Shown piece after piece: positions 33,822 to 44,177 of a stretch of DNA of 64,000 bases (positions are counted from its first letter, which is position 1; each line of letters begins with the position of its first letter). The stretch is from the NCBI GenBank assembly GCA_965219095.1, contig CBDCMT010000001.1:1664001-1728000 (forward strand). Direction: 5' to 3'. The stretch comes from Bdellovibrionales bacterium. GTDB lineage: Bacteria > Bdellovibrionota > Bdellovibrionia > Bdellovibrionales > UBA1609. A model generated the notes under the pieces. The model saw nothing but the letters and a program-made list of their open reading frames with translations. It had not been told where the DNA came from and did no database searches. The position numbers and the translations under genes were made by a program.

Positions 33822-33865
33822 TGAAAAATTGACTTTTTTATCTTTTTTAGTTAAGATAAAATAAA

Positions 33866-35029
33866 ATGTTTAAAAGAATGATTAAGCTCTCTAAAACAAA
33901 TAGTCTTTTTCTTTTTGGTGCAAGAGGGGTGGGAAAATCAACGCTTGTTAAAAATGATTATAACTCAAAACAAACTCTTTGGCTTGATTTCCTATCCTAT
34001 AAAGAAGAAGAGAGATTTTCACAAAATCCAGATGAATTGATATCACTTTTGGAAGATAATAACTATAAAAAAGTTGTTATTGATGAGATTCAAAAAGTTC
34101 CAAAAACTTTGGATGTTGTTCAAAAAATCATGATAGATAAGCCTAACATTCAGTTTATTTTAACAGGATCTAGTGCTAGAAAGATCAAAAGAGGATCTGG
34201 TAACTTACTGGCAGGCAGAGCCTTTGTATACCACCTCTATCCTTTTTCAATATTTGAATTAAAAAATAAATACAACTTAGTTGATATTTTAGAATGGGGA
34301 GGTCTTCCTGAGATTTTTATAAAAAAAAATAAATCAGAAAAAAGAAGGTTTTTAGATAGTTATTCTCAAACTTACCTAAAAGAAGAGATTCTGTTTGAAC
34401 AAATCATTCGAAACCTTAACCCTTTTAGAAGTTTTCTTAAAGTGGCATCCCAACAAAACGGTGAGCCTATAAACTATTATAAGATTGCTCAAGATATAAA
34501 TGTTGATAGTAAAACTGTTAAAAATTACTTTTCTATTTTAGAGGATACTCTTCTAGGTTTTGTTCTTCAAAGTTATCATAGATCGATTCGCAAACAAAAT
34601 AGAATATCTCCTAAGTTTTATTTTTTTGATACCGGAGTCAAAAGGGCTTTGGGAGCAGAACTTCAAATCCCTTTAAAAAAAAATACTTATGCTTTCGGAA
34701 AAGCTTTTGAACATCATGTAATTTTAGAGTGTCATTACTTGAATGAATACTTACAAAGAGATTTTAGTTTTTCGTATCTAAGAACAAAAAATCAAGTTGA
34801 GATCGATCTTGTTATTGAGAGGCCTGGTAAAAAAGACCTCCTTGTTGAAATTAAGTCTAGCGACAATATACAAGAAAGACATTTAACTCATTTAGTACGT
34901 TTTAAAAACCAATGGCCTAAAAAGTGCGAAGTTCAGGTTTGGTCTTTAGAATTTCGATCAAAATCCATAAAAGGTATTTCTTGTATCTTTTATAAAGACG
35001 CTTTAAAGAAGCTTTTTGCTATAAAATAG
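33866..35029 (+). CDS. AAA+ ATPase, AAA_14/DUF4143 type
   Basis: GARGVGKS, IDEIQK, LTGSS, LAGR, PKFYFFDTG, EIDLV..LVEIK. Confidence 0.88.
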   Translation: MFKRMIKLSKTNSLFLFGARGVGKSTLVKNDYNSKQTLWLDFLSYKEEERFSQNPDELISLLEDNNYKKVVIDEIQKVPKTLDVVQKIMIDKPNIQFILTGSSARKIKRGSGNLLAGRAFVYHLYPFSIFELKNKYNLVDILEWGGLPEIFIKKNKSEKRRFLDSYSQTYLKEEILFEQIIRNLNPFRSFLKVASQQNGEPINYYKIAQDINVDSKTVKNYFSILEDTLLGFVLQSYHRSIRKQNRISPKFYFFDTGVKRALGAELQIPLKKNTYAFGKAFEHHVILECHYLNEYLQRDFSFSYLRTKNQVEIDLVIERPGKKDLLVEIKSSDNIQERHLTHLVRFKNQWPKKCEVQVWSLEFRSKSIKGISCIFYKDALKKLFAIK

Positions 35030-35078
35030 ATTTTCGAGTGAAAGTGCTAAAAATGTAATAGACGTTATATGATCTGAT

Positions 35079-35347
35079 AGTTACACAATTTAATTTAAAC
35101 CTATAAATTAAATTGTGTAACTGATTTTTTCATTTTAAATTTTATCCTCACTTTTTTTCACTTATTTTAACCCATCAATCGATTCACACAACAAATAGAT
35201 ATACATGAAATAAACACATCTTATGAAAACTCAACCTCCCCTCAAAAGAAGTTTTTTTAAAATCTCCTAACTGAAGCTTTTCTTTAAGTCAATTTTAAAA
35301 TTTTAAATTTGAACATAAAAATGTCGAATTAATTTCTGTAATTGGTA
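35079..35347 (+). mobile_element. IS630 type 1 right-end remnant with fold-back hairpin
   Basis: Reverse complement of the IS630 3' non-coding tail; 19-bp perfect arms at 35079-35097 and 35104-35122. Confidence 0.88.
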
Positions 35348-35386
35348 TAATAGGAAAAAATGGCCTAAGCCTCGATGATTTAAGGC

Positions 35387-35857
35387 TCAAAATGACTTCT
35401 TTATAAATTTTTCTCTTATTTTTTCTAACAACAATTCTCTTTTGATTCTATAAATAATCAATTTTTCTTCTATATAATCAGATTCTATATTTTGAGGTTT
35501 TGAAAAATTGTCCTTTTTTGTAATAGCTTTTGTAACTTTCACAGCTGATTGGTTTTTATTTAAACTGATAAATTCTAGTTGGATTTTATAATAAAGACCA
35601 TAATGTAGAGGTTTGAGCAAGTTATGATGAAGAGTCCATACTTCGTTAAATTTATAGATATCAGTTTCAATGATCTTGCCCTTAAGAGATAGAACTTTGA
35701 ATTTATAATGAGAAAGAGCTTTCTGACTAGCTACAAAAAGAGAGTGGTAGTCCACATTGAAGACTTTAAAAGTTTCTTCTTTCTTTTGTTTTAACTCTGT
35801 AGATGCACAGCTTATAGCAAAAAAATATAATATAAGAGCAAAAGCCTTAAGCCTCAC
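35387..35857 (-). CDS. Hypothetical lipoprotein
   Basis: Lipobox AISC, GTG start. Confidence 0.75.
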   Translation of the reverse strand: MRLKAFALILYFFAISCASTELKQKKEETFKVFNVDYHSLFVASQKALSHYKFKVLSLKGKIIETDIYKFNEVWTLHHNLLKPLHYGLYYKIQLEFISLNKNQSAVKVTKAITKKDNFSKPQNIESDYIEEKLIIYRIKRELLLEKIREKFIKKSF

Positions 35858-35859
35858 TT

Positions 35860-36984
35860 TTACTTTACTTCAAACTCTAAAAGATTAGTTGTAAAAAATT
35901 GAGGATCTTGACTCACTTGAGGGTTTCGTCCTTGAAAGACCACTTGCCAAAAGTAATGTCCTTTTTCTAAATTTTCAAATTCAGAGACATCAATGCTAGT
36001 CCGCCAATTTTCAAAATGCATTTTTGATATAAGTTTTTTGATTTGAGTGAGTTTTCTTTTTTTATAATAAAAACTTTTTACTTTCCACAGAAGGACCTGC
36101 ATACCGTAAGCTTGTATGTGTTCAGTTTTTTTAGGTAATTCTGTAGAGAGGATACTCTTTGATAAAGTGAGGTCAGGAAGTAGAGAGAGAAACTCAGGGA
36201 TTTGATGAATTTGATCAGGGTACATAAGATGTAAGGACTGAGCCGATGGGGATTTGTTTTCAAGAAAGGTTTCTAAGTAAGCCTCCATATAGTTTTTTTT
36301 CATTTTATGAGTTAAAAGATTCATAATATGGGGTTTTTCAGAAGTGGGGGAGTTAAGTTCTAAATGGCGGTCCTTTTGAGCTTTTTTCATGTCAGTGAAT
36401 AAAAACTCATCATTTTTTCTATGAAGAGCTATATAAAATAAATTGTATGATTCATGATTTTTGTTTGCTATTAATTTATGTTTAAAAGAAAGTGGTATAA
36501 TATTTTGTGAATAGTCTAATTTGTAGAAAGATTTGGTTAGATGAGGCTCATACTTTAAACTTTGAAATTGAGATACAAAAGGTATGAGCTTAAAGTTTTT
36601 AGATAAAGATCTTAATTTTTTAATAGAAACTTTAGCATGAAGACTTTGAAGCCCTGTTTCGATAGAGATAAGGTTTGTTGAAAAGGATTTTTTTTCAACT
36701 GTTATAGTAATAAAACTAATTTTTTCTTTTTGTTTAGGAAAACTCAAAAAAGAAGGAACTTTATAAGTGCGACCCAATATTTTTATGGTTTCTAAAGAGC
36801 CTTGCATTTGATGATCTATATGGAAAAAGGGAATGGTATTAGAGTTTAAGCTGGGAACAGTGAAAACGTAATCTACAACACCGTCTTTAGGTAAATGGCC
36901 GAACCCTGAAATCTCTCCTTTAATTTCTTTAGAAAACCCCTTAAAAGAAAAAATAAAAATAAAAATAGTTATAATTTTACGCAT
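35860..36984 (-). CDS. Hypothetical exported protein
   Basis: 374-aa ORF with signal peptide. Confidence 0.75.
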   Translation of the reverse strand: MRKIITIFIFIFSFKGFSKEIKGEISGFGHLPKDGVVDYVFTVPSLNSNTIPFFHIDHQMQGSLETIKILGRTYKVPSFLSFPKQKEKISFITITVEKKSFSTNLISIETGLQSLHAKVSIKKLRSLSKNFKLIPFVSQFQSLKYEPHLTKSFYKLDYSQNIIPLSFKHKLIANKNHESYNLFYIALHRKNDEFLFTDMKKAQKDRHLELNSPTSEKPHIMNLLTHKMKKNYMEAYLETFLENKSPSAQSLHLMYPDQIHQIPEFLSLLPDLTLSKSILSTELPKKTEHIQAYGMQVLLWKVKSFYYKKRKLTQIKKLISKMHFENWRTSIDVSEFENLEKGHYFWQVVFQGRNPQVSQDPQFFTTNLLEFEVK

Positions 36985-37187
36985 AAGCCCCCCTATAGTT
37001 CAGCCTAAAAAGCAGATTTTAACTTGTCAAGTAAGATTGAAATTAAAAGTTTGTTTAGATTCATAGTAAAGAGTTTATGAGGAATTGAGTTTTGAAAAAT
37101 AGACTTTAGTCTTGGTTTTTTAAAAATAAGGTTTATGTATAAAGTCTCATCCTCTCTAGTTTTAGGACTAGAAATGAAATTTTAAGT

Positions 37188-37215
37188 TTAAGTTTCTTAT
37201 AGAGTAGACCGAAGA
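37188..37215 (+). promoter_or_regulatory. sigma28-like promoter
   Basis: TTAAG-N15-ACCGAAGA, 7 nt before ATG 37223. Confidence 0.65.
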
Positions 37216-37222
37216 TTTAGAT

Positions 37223-37951
37223 ATGAAAAAGTTAAATTTATTTATTATAAGCTCTTTTCTTATAAGCTGTTCAGGATTTGAAGAAAGCACTAGCCTTAAA
37301 GAAAGCACTAGTTTTTCAAGTTCACATTGCTCTCCTATCACATCCTTACCTAAATTAGCAGGTGCTTTTTTTCACTACAACACAAGTCTTAAAGTACATG
37401 GTGATGAAATAACCATAAAAATGAATTTTTTTAAAGATAAAAAATGTGATTCTAGCATAGCACGTGTTACGTTTGAAGGTGACAGTTTAGAAAAAAAGAT
37501 TTTAGAGATGGATGATATTTTTCCTAATTTTAGAGAGGCCGTAACGGATTACGAAAAAGCTTTGGAATTAAAACTAAGAGTTAGAAGTTTAGAATTGTTC
37601 TTGAAGGATGATTTACTCTTACCTCTTTTAAGGGACGTTATAACACAGTATTTGCATTTAAATTGTAAAGTTACTTATGATGATTTAAGAGGTGATATTA
37701 TTTCATTAAATGGAATGGTTTGTGAAAAGCTTAAGTTGCCTAAGGTAGACACAGTTCTTTACTACTATATAGCTTTGAAAAAACAAAATTTTACTACTCT
37801 GAAACAAGACTGTACTCTAGAAAAGACTTTGAAGGAAGTGCCAGCTTTATTTTTAGGACACTATACCTGCATATCAGAAGGAGTTCCTCTTAATAGTCCA
37901 TCCTCCTCTTCAAAGGGGTGCATTCATCTTCTAGGTGAAATGAGTAAATAA
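37223..37951 (+). CDS. Hypothetical Cys-containing lipoprotein
   Basis: Lipobox LISC. Confidence 0.75.
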   Translation: MKKLNLFIISSFLISCSGFEESTSLKESTSFSSSHCSPITSLPKLAGAFFHYNTSLKVHGDEITIKMNFFKDKKCDSSIARVTFEGDSLEKKILEMDDIFPNFREAVTDYEKALELKLRVRSLELFLKDDLLLPLLRDVITQYLHLNCKVTYDDLRGDIISLNGMVCEKLKLPKVDTVLYYYIALKKQNFTTLKQDCTLEKTLKEVPALFLGHYTCISEGVPLNSPSSSSKGCIHLLGEMSK

Positions 37952-38221
37952 AAGACAATATCTTCCGAAAAGTTCTGACTTAAAGTCATTGACTCATCAA
38001 TGTTTAAGAAAGATTGAATTTGAAATTAACAATAGACCTATGAAATGTCTTGACTGGCTAACCCTTGAAGTTATGATGAAAGAAAAGATTGCACTAGTGA
38101 ATTGATAATAGGATTTACATACTTACTACACTTCAAAAAAACTGAGGATGTCCGTAATCCCGTTAGACTTTCAGAAGGAACTTTTGAAACACGGTTAGTA
38201 TAGAAGCTCTAGAAGAGGATT

Positions 38222-38437
38222 TTATAAGCTTTCTTTGTCAGAAGTTTCAGTACTTTTAGGTGGTTTGATGGTCTTGTCAATTTCGTTGAAAGATAGCTGA
38301 GCTGTTTCTTTGGCTGTTTTGAATTCATTCATAATCCTCACAAGATATTTTGCAAGCTGAGGCAGTTCTTTAGGACCTATAAAAACAAGTACTATTAAGC
38401 TTAAAAATAAAACCTCTGAAAACCCTAAATTAAACAT
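38222..38437 (-). CDS. Twin-arginine translocase TatA/TatB-family subunit
   Basis: MFNLGFSEVLFLSLIVLVFIGPKELPQLA (TatB-like GP). Confidence 0.85.
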   Translation of the reverse strand: MFNLGFSEVLFLSLIVLVFIGPKELPQLAKYLVRIMNEFKTAKETAQLSFNEIDKTIKPPKSTETSDKESL

Positions 38438-39006
38438 TAATTCTTTTTTATACCTAAAGATTTTGAAAGGCAAGTCTTTTGAGCTTCTGGTTCAAAAACT
38501 TCTGAAATTAGAAGGTCAGAGTTTTCTCTTGGCTCTCCTAAACTTGTACTTCTTTTAATAAAACGCAATACAATTGTAAACGGATGAAAGTTTTCTCCTA
38601 GATCCTTATAAACGCTCTTGTGCTTTAAAGATAGATGGGAGAGCATGTTATAAGAAGATTCTCCCATTTGAGTATAGTAATTAAGTCCCATCAAAGTGTT
38701 CTGAAGCTTTTCATTGAAAAATCCTATCATGTAAAGACAACTGTCGGCTAAGTCTTTTAAAATCTTCTCTTTTTCAGAGGGATCTGTTTTTTCTAAGAAA
38801 GAAAAATACTTGTGAGCAAGTACTTTATTTTTAAGTTTTCCTGTATTTTCACATGTTTCAAAAAGATTATAGGAAAGAGTGTATAAATTTAAAAGAGAGA
38901 CAAGATACTCGTGCGTACTTTCACTCATTTTAGTTTGACATTTTTCACAAGCTTCCTTAAGGCTTTTATCAAAAAAATCTTCTAATTTTTCAGAGCTGAA
39001 TGACAA
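38437..39006 (-). CDS. Hypothetical protein
   Basis: 189-aa ORF with AGGAGG RBS and TTG start. Confidence 0.75.
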   Translation of the reverse strand: MSFSSEKLEDFFDKSLKEACEKCQTKMSESTHEYLVSLLNLYTLSYNLFETCENTGKLKNKVLAHKYFSFLEKTDPSEKEKILKDLADSCLYMIGFFNEKLQNTLMGLNYYTQMGESSYNMLSHLSLKHKSVYKDLGENFHPFTIVLRFIKRSTSLGEPRENSDLLISEVFEPEAQKTCLSKSLGIKKN

Positions 39007-39078
39007 AAACTACCTCCTTTCTTTTATTTTAACAAAAATCAAGCGATTTAAAAAAAAATAACTAGACTTTTGTAAAGA

Positions 39079-39222
39079 ATGTCTCATTATGAGAATCCAT
39101 TGATGGGTTTTTTGAATTAATATCTCAAACCCAATTTAATTTGATTTGAAAAGAAAGAAATTTCTCAAATCAAATTTAAGCCATTTGAGATGAAAAACCC
39201 ATTTGATAGTTTGAGATGACAT
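39079..39222. other. Long nested inverted repeat, candidate structured RNA
   Basis: Stems 39103-39112/39193-39202, 39122-39129/39184-39191, 39138-39149/39165-39176. Confidence 0.45.
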
Positions 39223-39229
39223 AAAGGAC

Positions 39230-40003
39230 TTAAAAGCATGTTTTTTCTACTTGTTGTGCAAGATTTTGAAAGGCTGATAGAAGATCTTGATCAGAAGAAT
39301 TATCTAAAAGGTTGAGTCCTTCTTCTGCACAAAGCCCTACATCTTGTGAAAAAGGAATAGTAGCTAGTTTAGGTAGCTTTTTTTCTTTTAAAAACTCATC
39401 TAAATACCCTTTAGGAAAAAGCTGTAAGGTTTCATGATGTGTTTTAAAATAAGCCATGTTTTCAATCACTCCTAAAACAGGAATCTCTAATTTATCGAAC
39501 ATATCAAGGGCTTTTTTAGCATCTATAAGGGATATGTTTTGAGGTGTTGTAACCACCAAAGCTCCTTGTACAGGAACTTTCTGAGCTATCGTTAAAGCCA
39601 CATCCCCTGTGCCAGGAGGAAGATCCACAATAAGGTAATCTAATTTCCCCCAAAGGACATCCCTTAAAAACTGTTCTAAAACTTTAAAAAGCATAGGACC
39701 TCTCCATATAACAGCCTGCTCTTCTGAGATTAAAAGTCCCAAGCTCATCAGTTTTAGGCCGTGAAATGTGAGGGGGTGAATTTTATCACCTTGAATCAAA
39801 GGCTTTTTTTGGGTTTTTAACATGTGAGGAAGGCTTGGGCCATAAATGTCTCCGTCTAAAAGAGCTGTTTTATATCCTTTTTCTTTTAAGCTAAAGGCTA
39901 AGGTTAAAGAGATGGTGGATTTACCCACACCTCCTTTTCCAGAACCCACAAGAAGGACGTTCCTAACTTCTTTTAAAGGTTTTTGTTTTTCAAAAAGGCT
40001 CAT
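39230..40003 (-). CDS. mrp: Mrp/ApbC (NBP35-family) ATPase
   Basis: GKGGVGKST, DGDIYGPS, WRGPML, DLPPGTGD, TTPQ, ENM. Confidence 0.92.
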   Translation of the reverse strand: MSLFEKQKPLKEVRNVLLVGSGKGGVGKSTISLTLAFSLKEKGYKTALLDGDIYGPSLPHMLKTQKKPLIQGDKIHPLTFHGLKLMSLGLLISEEQAVIWRGPMLFKVLEQFLRDVLWGKLDYLIVDLPPGTGDVALTIAQKVPVQGALVVTTPQNISLIDAKKALDMFDKLEIPVLGVIENMAYFKTHHETLQLFPKGYLDEFLKEKKLPKLATIPFSQDVGLCAEEGLNLLDNSSDQDLLSAFQNLAQQVEKTCF

Positions 40004-40057
40004 AATAAAAATCTCTTTGACTTTATAACATCTGGTAAGTAGCATAAGTCAAGCTTT

Positions 40058-41359
40058 ATGCAAAAAATTCTTAAGAGTTTTCAAACGATTGTATCCCTTA
40101 GTAAGAGAAGAGGCTTTATTTTTCAAAACAGTGAAATTTACGGTGGACTTAACTCTTGTTGGGATTACGGACCCCTAGGAGTTGAACTTAAGATGAATGT
40201 TAAGAAAGCTTGGTGGGAGAGTATGACAAGAAGATCTGATGTTGTGGGTTTGGATGCGTCTATTTTCATGCACCCTAAAGTTTGGGAGGCCTCAGGTCAT
40301 GTGGAAAGTTTTAATGATCCCTTGGTGGATTGCAGGAATTGTAAAAATCGCTTTAAAGTTGATGAGAGTCAAAACAAAACTTGCCCCCATTGTGGATCTC
40401 ACAATCTAACAGAAGAAAGGCATTTTAATCTTATGTTTCAAACTTATATGGGTTCTGTGCAAGATAAGACTTCTCAAGTGTATTTAAGACCAGAAACAGC
40501 ACAAGGAATTTTTGTAAATTTTGAAAACGTACAACAATCCATGAGAAAGAAGTTACCCTTTGGCATTGCCCAAATAGGAAAATCTTTCCGTAATGAAATA
40601 ACGCCTGGGAATTTTATCTTTAGAACTCGTGAATTTGAACAAATGGAAATGCAATTCTTTATCTCTCCTAAAGAAGATGAAAAATGGTTTCAAAAATGGA
40701 AAGAGCTTAGATGGCAGTTTTATAAAGATTTAGGTTTAAATGAAAAGAAATTACGCTTTCACTCTCATGATAAGAAGGAGTTAGCTCATTATGCTAAACA
40801 AGCAGTAGATATACAGTACGAATTTCCTATAAACTGGCAGGAGTTAGAGGGGATTCATAATCGCAGTGACTTTGATCTCTCACAGCACCAAAAGTTCAGT
40901 GGAAAAAAGTTAGAATATTTTGATGAAGTTCGTAAAGAAAAGTTTATTCCTTATGTTGTAGAAACAGCTTTAGGATGTGACAGACTATGTTTAGCTCTCC
41001 TGTGTGATGCCTATAAAGAAGAAAGTGTAGGAAAAGACAATCGTGTAGTTTTAAAACTTCACCCCAAACTTGCTCCCTGTAAAATTGCTGTATTACCGCT
41101 TTCCAAAAAAAATGAACTTCAAGAAACAGCTCATAAAATCAGGAATAATCTTTCTCAAAAATGGTCATGTGAATATGATGAATCGGGAACGATTGGCAAA
41201 CGTTATAGAAGACAAGATGAAATTGGCACTCCTTTTTGTGTGACCATCGATTTTCAAACCAAAGAAACCTCTCAAGTGACTGTGAGAGATAGAGATACTA
41301 TGAAACAAGAAAAGGTTCTCATCTCTCAACTTCCTAACTATTTTTTAGAAAAATTTTAA
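40058..41359 (+). CDS. glyQS: Glycyl-tRNA synthetase, alpha2 type
   Basis: [40 protein letters not shown]. Confidence 0.96.
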   Translation: MQKILKSFQTIVSLSKRRGFIFQNSEIYGGLNSCWDYGPLGVELKMNVKKAWWESMTRRSDVVGLDASIFMHPKVWEASGHVESFNDPLVDCRNCKNRFKVDESQNKTCPHCGSHNLTEERHFNLMFQTYMGSVQDKTSQVYLRPETAQGIFVNFENVQQSMRKKLPFGIAQIGKSFRNEITPGNFIFRTREFEQMEMQFFISPKEDEKWFQKWKELRWQFYKDLGLNEKKLRFHSHDKKELAHYAKQAVDIQYEFPINWQELEGIHNRSDFDLSQHQKFSGKKLEYFDEVRKEKFIPYVVETALGCDRLCLALLCDAYKEESVGKDNRVVLKLHPKLAPCKIAVLPLSKKNELQETAHKIRNNLSQKWSCEYDESGTIGKRYRRQDEIGTPFCVTIDFQTKETSQVTVRDRDTMKQEKVLISQLPNYFLEKF

Positions 41360-41557
41360 CAAATTTATTTTAGACTGAGCCTAGAAATTAAAAAAAAGGG
41401 AGAAACGATGAATCTTAGGAGTGGAAATCTAAAAAACTTGAACTATTCAATAAATCCTTCTTTTTTGAAAAGGTTTAAAGGGAAGAGAGTGAGCTTAAAA
41501 AAATTGAGAATCTATCAGGTCAGTAGTTGCAAAAAGAAAATAAGCCTAAGAAATCCC

Positions 41558-42466
41558 TCAAAGTCTTTTATTTTTATTATTAAGTGTTTTCAGAAGGGCT
41601 AAAAATTTGTCAGGATAAAGGGTTATCACACCTTGTGCGAAAACAGGCCAGATCATAGGAGAAGATTTATCTAGCTGAACAAAGATTTTCTTTTTCTGTC
41701 GTTTTAACTCCTTGATTAAAGATGGAGAGAAGACCTTTCTACCTCCTATCTTAAGGGGAGACAAAAAAACAGGTTCTTTTACTTTTATAAGAGGTTCTAA
41801 GTACAAAGATTCCATCATAAGGACAAACGGGATTTCAGATAAAGAACTTACAAATCTCCATTGAGGACGTTGAGTTTTTAAATATTTATAGCTTGCCATA
41901 GAGTCTGCAGATATAACAACTTGATTTTGAGCTTTGTGTTTTTCTATTATTTTTATAAGATCACCAAAACCATACGTATCTCTTAATCTTATTTTTAATA
42001 AAAAGGGTTTTTTGTAATTTTTTATGAAATCTTCAAATTTTATAAAATTTAGCTTCTTCCTTTTATTTCTAAAAGAAAATTCTCCTTTTTTATTCTTAAA
42101 ATAAAATCCTAAATTTAAATTTTTTATTTCACTCCATTTCTTCCAAGAAATAAAACCTTCACCTTCTGTTTGTACTTCAAGTCTATCATGACCATAAAGA
42201 AGCCACTGACCATCAAGAGTTCGTTTTAATTCTATCTCTAAAACAATTTCAGAAGAAAGCTCCTTAACTCTTCTAAAAGCCTCCTTACTATGACCAGGGC
42301 CTAAACCTCCGCCACCCCCTTGAGCTATAAGCCAGTATTTTCTTTCTTTTTCAAACCAACTACTTTTATCTTGAATTTTTTTTTGAAACCCTAACTGCCT
42401 CAAAGAAAAAATAGCTATTGTAGTTAAACAAAGAACTAAAAAAGAGATTTTTAGAACATATTTCAT
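41558..42466 (-). CDS. Glycerophosphodiester phosphodiesterase-like protein
   Basis: EIELKRTLDG, HD, GVITLYPD; first catalytic motif altered. Confidence 0.75.
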   Translation of the reverse strand: MKYVLKISFLVLCLTTIAIFSLRQLGFQKKIQDKSSWFEKERKYWLIAQGGGGGLGPGHSKEAFRRVKELSSEIVLEIELKRTLDGQWLLYGHDRLEVQTEGEGFISWKKWSEIKNLNLGFYFKNKKGEFSFRNKRKKLNFIKFEDFIKNYKKPFLLKIRLRDTYGFGDLIKIIEKHKAQNQVVISADSMASYKYLKTQRPQWRFVSSLSEIPFVLMMESLYLEPLIKVKEPVFLSPLKIGGRKVFSPSLIKELKRQKKKIFVQLDKSSPMIWPVFAQGVITLYPDKFLALLKTLNNKNKRL

Positions 42467-42508
42467 ACAAAGTTTTTTACACGAAATTCTTTTGATAAGA
42501 GTTCTTTT

Positions 42509-43204
42509 TCATTTAAGCTCCTTACAGTAGTGAGTTCTTATAAAAGAATTAAAGGATAAATAGCTGCTATAATCGGAAAAAGCTTGTAATATAGTATGAG
42601 AGATTCTATCAAACACTAGTCCTACGAGCATTTCATCTTCCTTCTCTAAGCCTTGTTTTACCCTACAGTTTGTCTCATTTTCTTTGTTTTCATATTCAAA
42701 GAGATTCAGACTGCCTTTACTTTCTCTAAAAAGATGAGGAATGACTATCTCATTTAAGATTTTTTGATAACTATCAAAATGAGTTTCAAAAAAAGGTCTA
42801 AAGGCTATTTCTGAAAAAAAGTTTGTCTCAAATTGAGCCACATTAAAACACTTTACAAAATCCTTCAGAGATCCAATTCCCCTAAGCTTAAATAAAGGAC
42901 GGTCCTCTAAATCTTCTGATAAAGGGTATAAAGGCTTAGAAAAACTCTCTTCTTTAGGATGCCAGTCTTTCATTCCCTTATAATAATCATCATGCATGTA
43001 TTGTAAACCTTTCTCTGTAAGATGAGATGTAGAAGATTCAGAAAAAGGCATTCTAAATCTATCTGCTAAAAAGATCGTAAAATGTAATCCTGGCTTCATC
43101 ATTCTTGAAATCTCCGAAATATTTTGTAAAATTACGATATTTAGGTTGGACTGTGCTAAAAAAGTGAACTCCAAAGTCTCTTCTAGAACCTTATGGATAT
43201 TCAA
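42509..43204 (-). CDS. Hypothetical protein
   Basis: 231-aa ORF. Confidence 0.65.
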   Translation of the reverse strand: MNIHKVLEETLEFTFLAQSNLNIVILQNISEISRMMKPGLHFTIFLADRFRMPFSESSTSHLTEKGLQYMHDDYYKGMKDWHPKEESFSKPLYPLSEDLEDRPLFKLRGIGSLKDFVKCFNVAQFETNFFSEIAFRPFFETHFDSYQKILNEIVIPHLFRESKGSLNLFEYENKENETNCRVKQGLEKEDEMLVGLVFDRISHTILQAFSDYSSYLSFNSFIRTHYCKELK

Positions 43205-43255
43205 AGAACACCCACCCTTGTTTTACTCGTTGTGAGAAGATCAGGTCTCAAAGAA

Positions 43256-43345
43256 TTCAAAAACATTCATTTTATTTGCTGTGTTACATTGCTGTGTTAC
43301 ATTAAAGTGGAAGTCTTTTGTGTATGGAGACATTTATTTTTCAAA
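43256..43345 (+). mobile_element. ISL3 internal fragments joined by a deletion
   Basis: Matches about 30956-30990 and 31097-31138. Confidence 0.65.
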
Positions 43346-43437
43346 AAATAATACGTTGCGATAGAAATGTTGCAATAAAAGCACTGTGTTAAACTGTAAT
43401 GTTTTTAAAATAAATTGAAAGTTAAATTGTAATAGTA

Positions 43438-43499
43438 GTCTATGAAAAAGAATGTCAAGAAAAAACACTTCTCCATTTACAAAAAATATAAAAATTTTT
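43438..43499 (-). mobile_element. IS110 right-end remnant
   Basis: GTCTATGAAAAAGAATGTCAAGAAAAAACACTTCTCC matches 56537 onward. Confidence 0.8.
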
Positions 43500-43615
43500 G
43501 GCTCCTCCCGGGAATCTGTGGGTAAAAAGTAGTAGAAATCCCCCAAAAGAGTTCATATTAATCAAAGTAAGAGTAAGACATCCTGTCTTGTATTTTTGAG
43601 TTCTTTGAGGCCTTA
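43500..43615 (+). mobile_element. ISL3 left-end remnant
   Basis: Matches about 30810-30925. Confidence 0.88.
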
Positions 43616-44155
43616 GGCATTGTTAAAAAATAACTTAGACATTTCAGATTTTATATCATAAGGTTTACATGTGCTATCAGAGAAAGATCGTCAATTAAGA
43701 TTAAAGCTCACAACGACTTTTCATTTATTAAACGAAAAGCAAGGAGGATTTTAGCTGCGGCAGAATCGAAAGCCTATGGTCGTGATGGCATAAGCAAGGT
43801 ATCAAAGTTTACAGGTTTATGTCGTCAGACTATTTACAGAGGATTAGAAGAGCTTTCTAAAGGAGTTAAAGATTCAAAGATTCGTTCAAAAGGAGGGGGA
43901 AGGAAGAAGAAGACTGCAGAGTATCCAGAGTTAGTTTCCGTTCTTGAAAGTTTAATGGAGTCTAGCACAAGAGGGGATCCTGAGAGTCCGCTAAAGTGGA
44001 GCAGTAAAAGTGTAAGAAATCTTAGTGAGGCCTTAAATTCACAAGGTTATAATATAAGCCCTCCCACTGTTGCAAGCATTTTACACGAACTGGATTACAG
44101 CTTGCAGGCCAATAGAAAGGTTTTGGAAGGAAAAAAAGCTCATGCAGATAGAAAT
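43616..44155 (+). mobile_element. ISAzo13-family 5' fragment
   Basis: TIR GGCATTGTTAAAAAATAACTTAGAC; TRGDPESPLKW..YSLQANRK. Confidence 0.88.
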
Positions 44156-44177
44156 AACAATTTGAGTTCATTATTTT

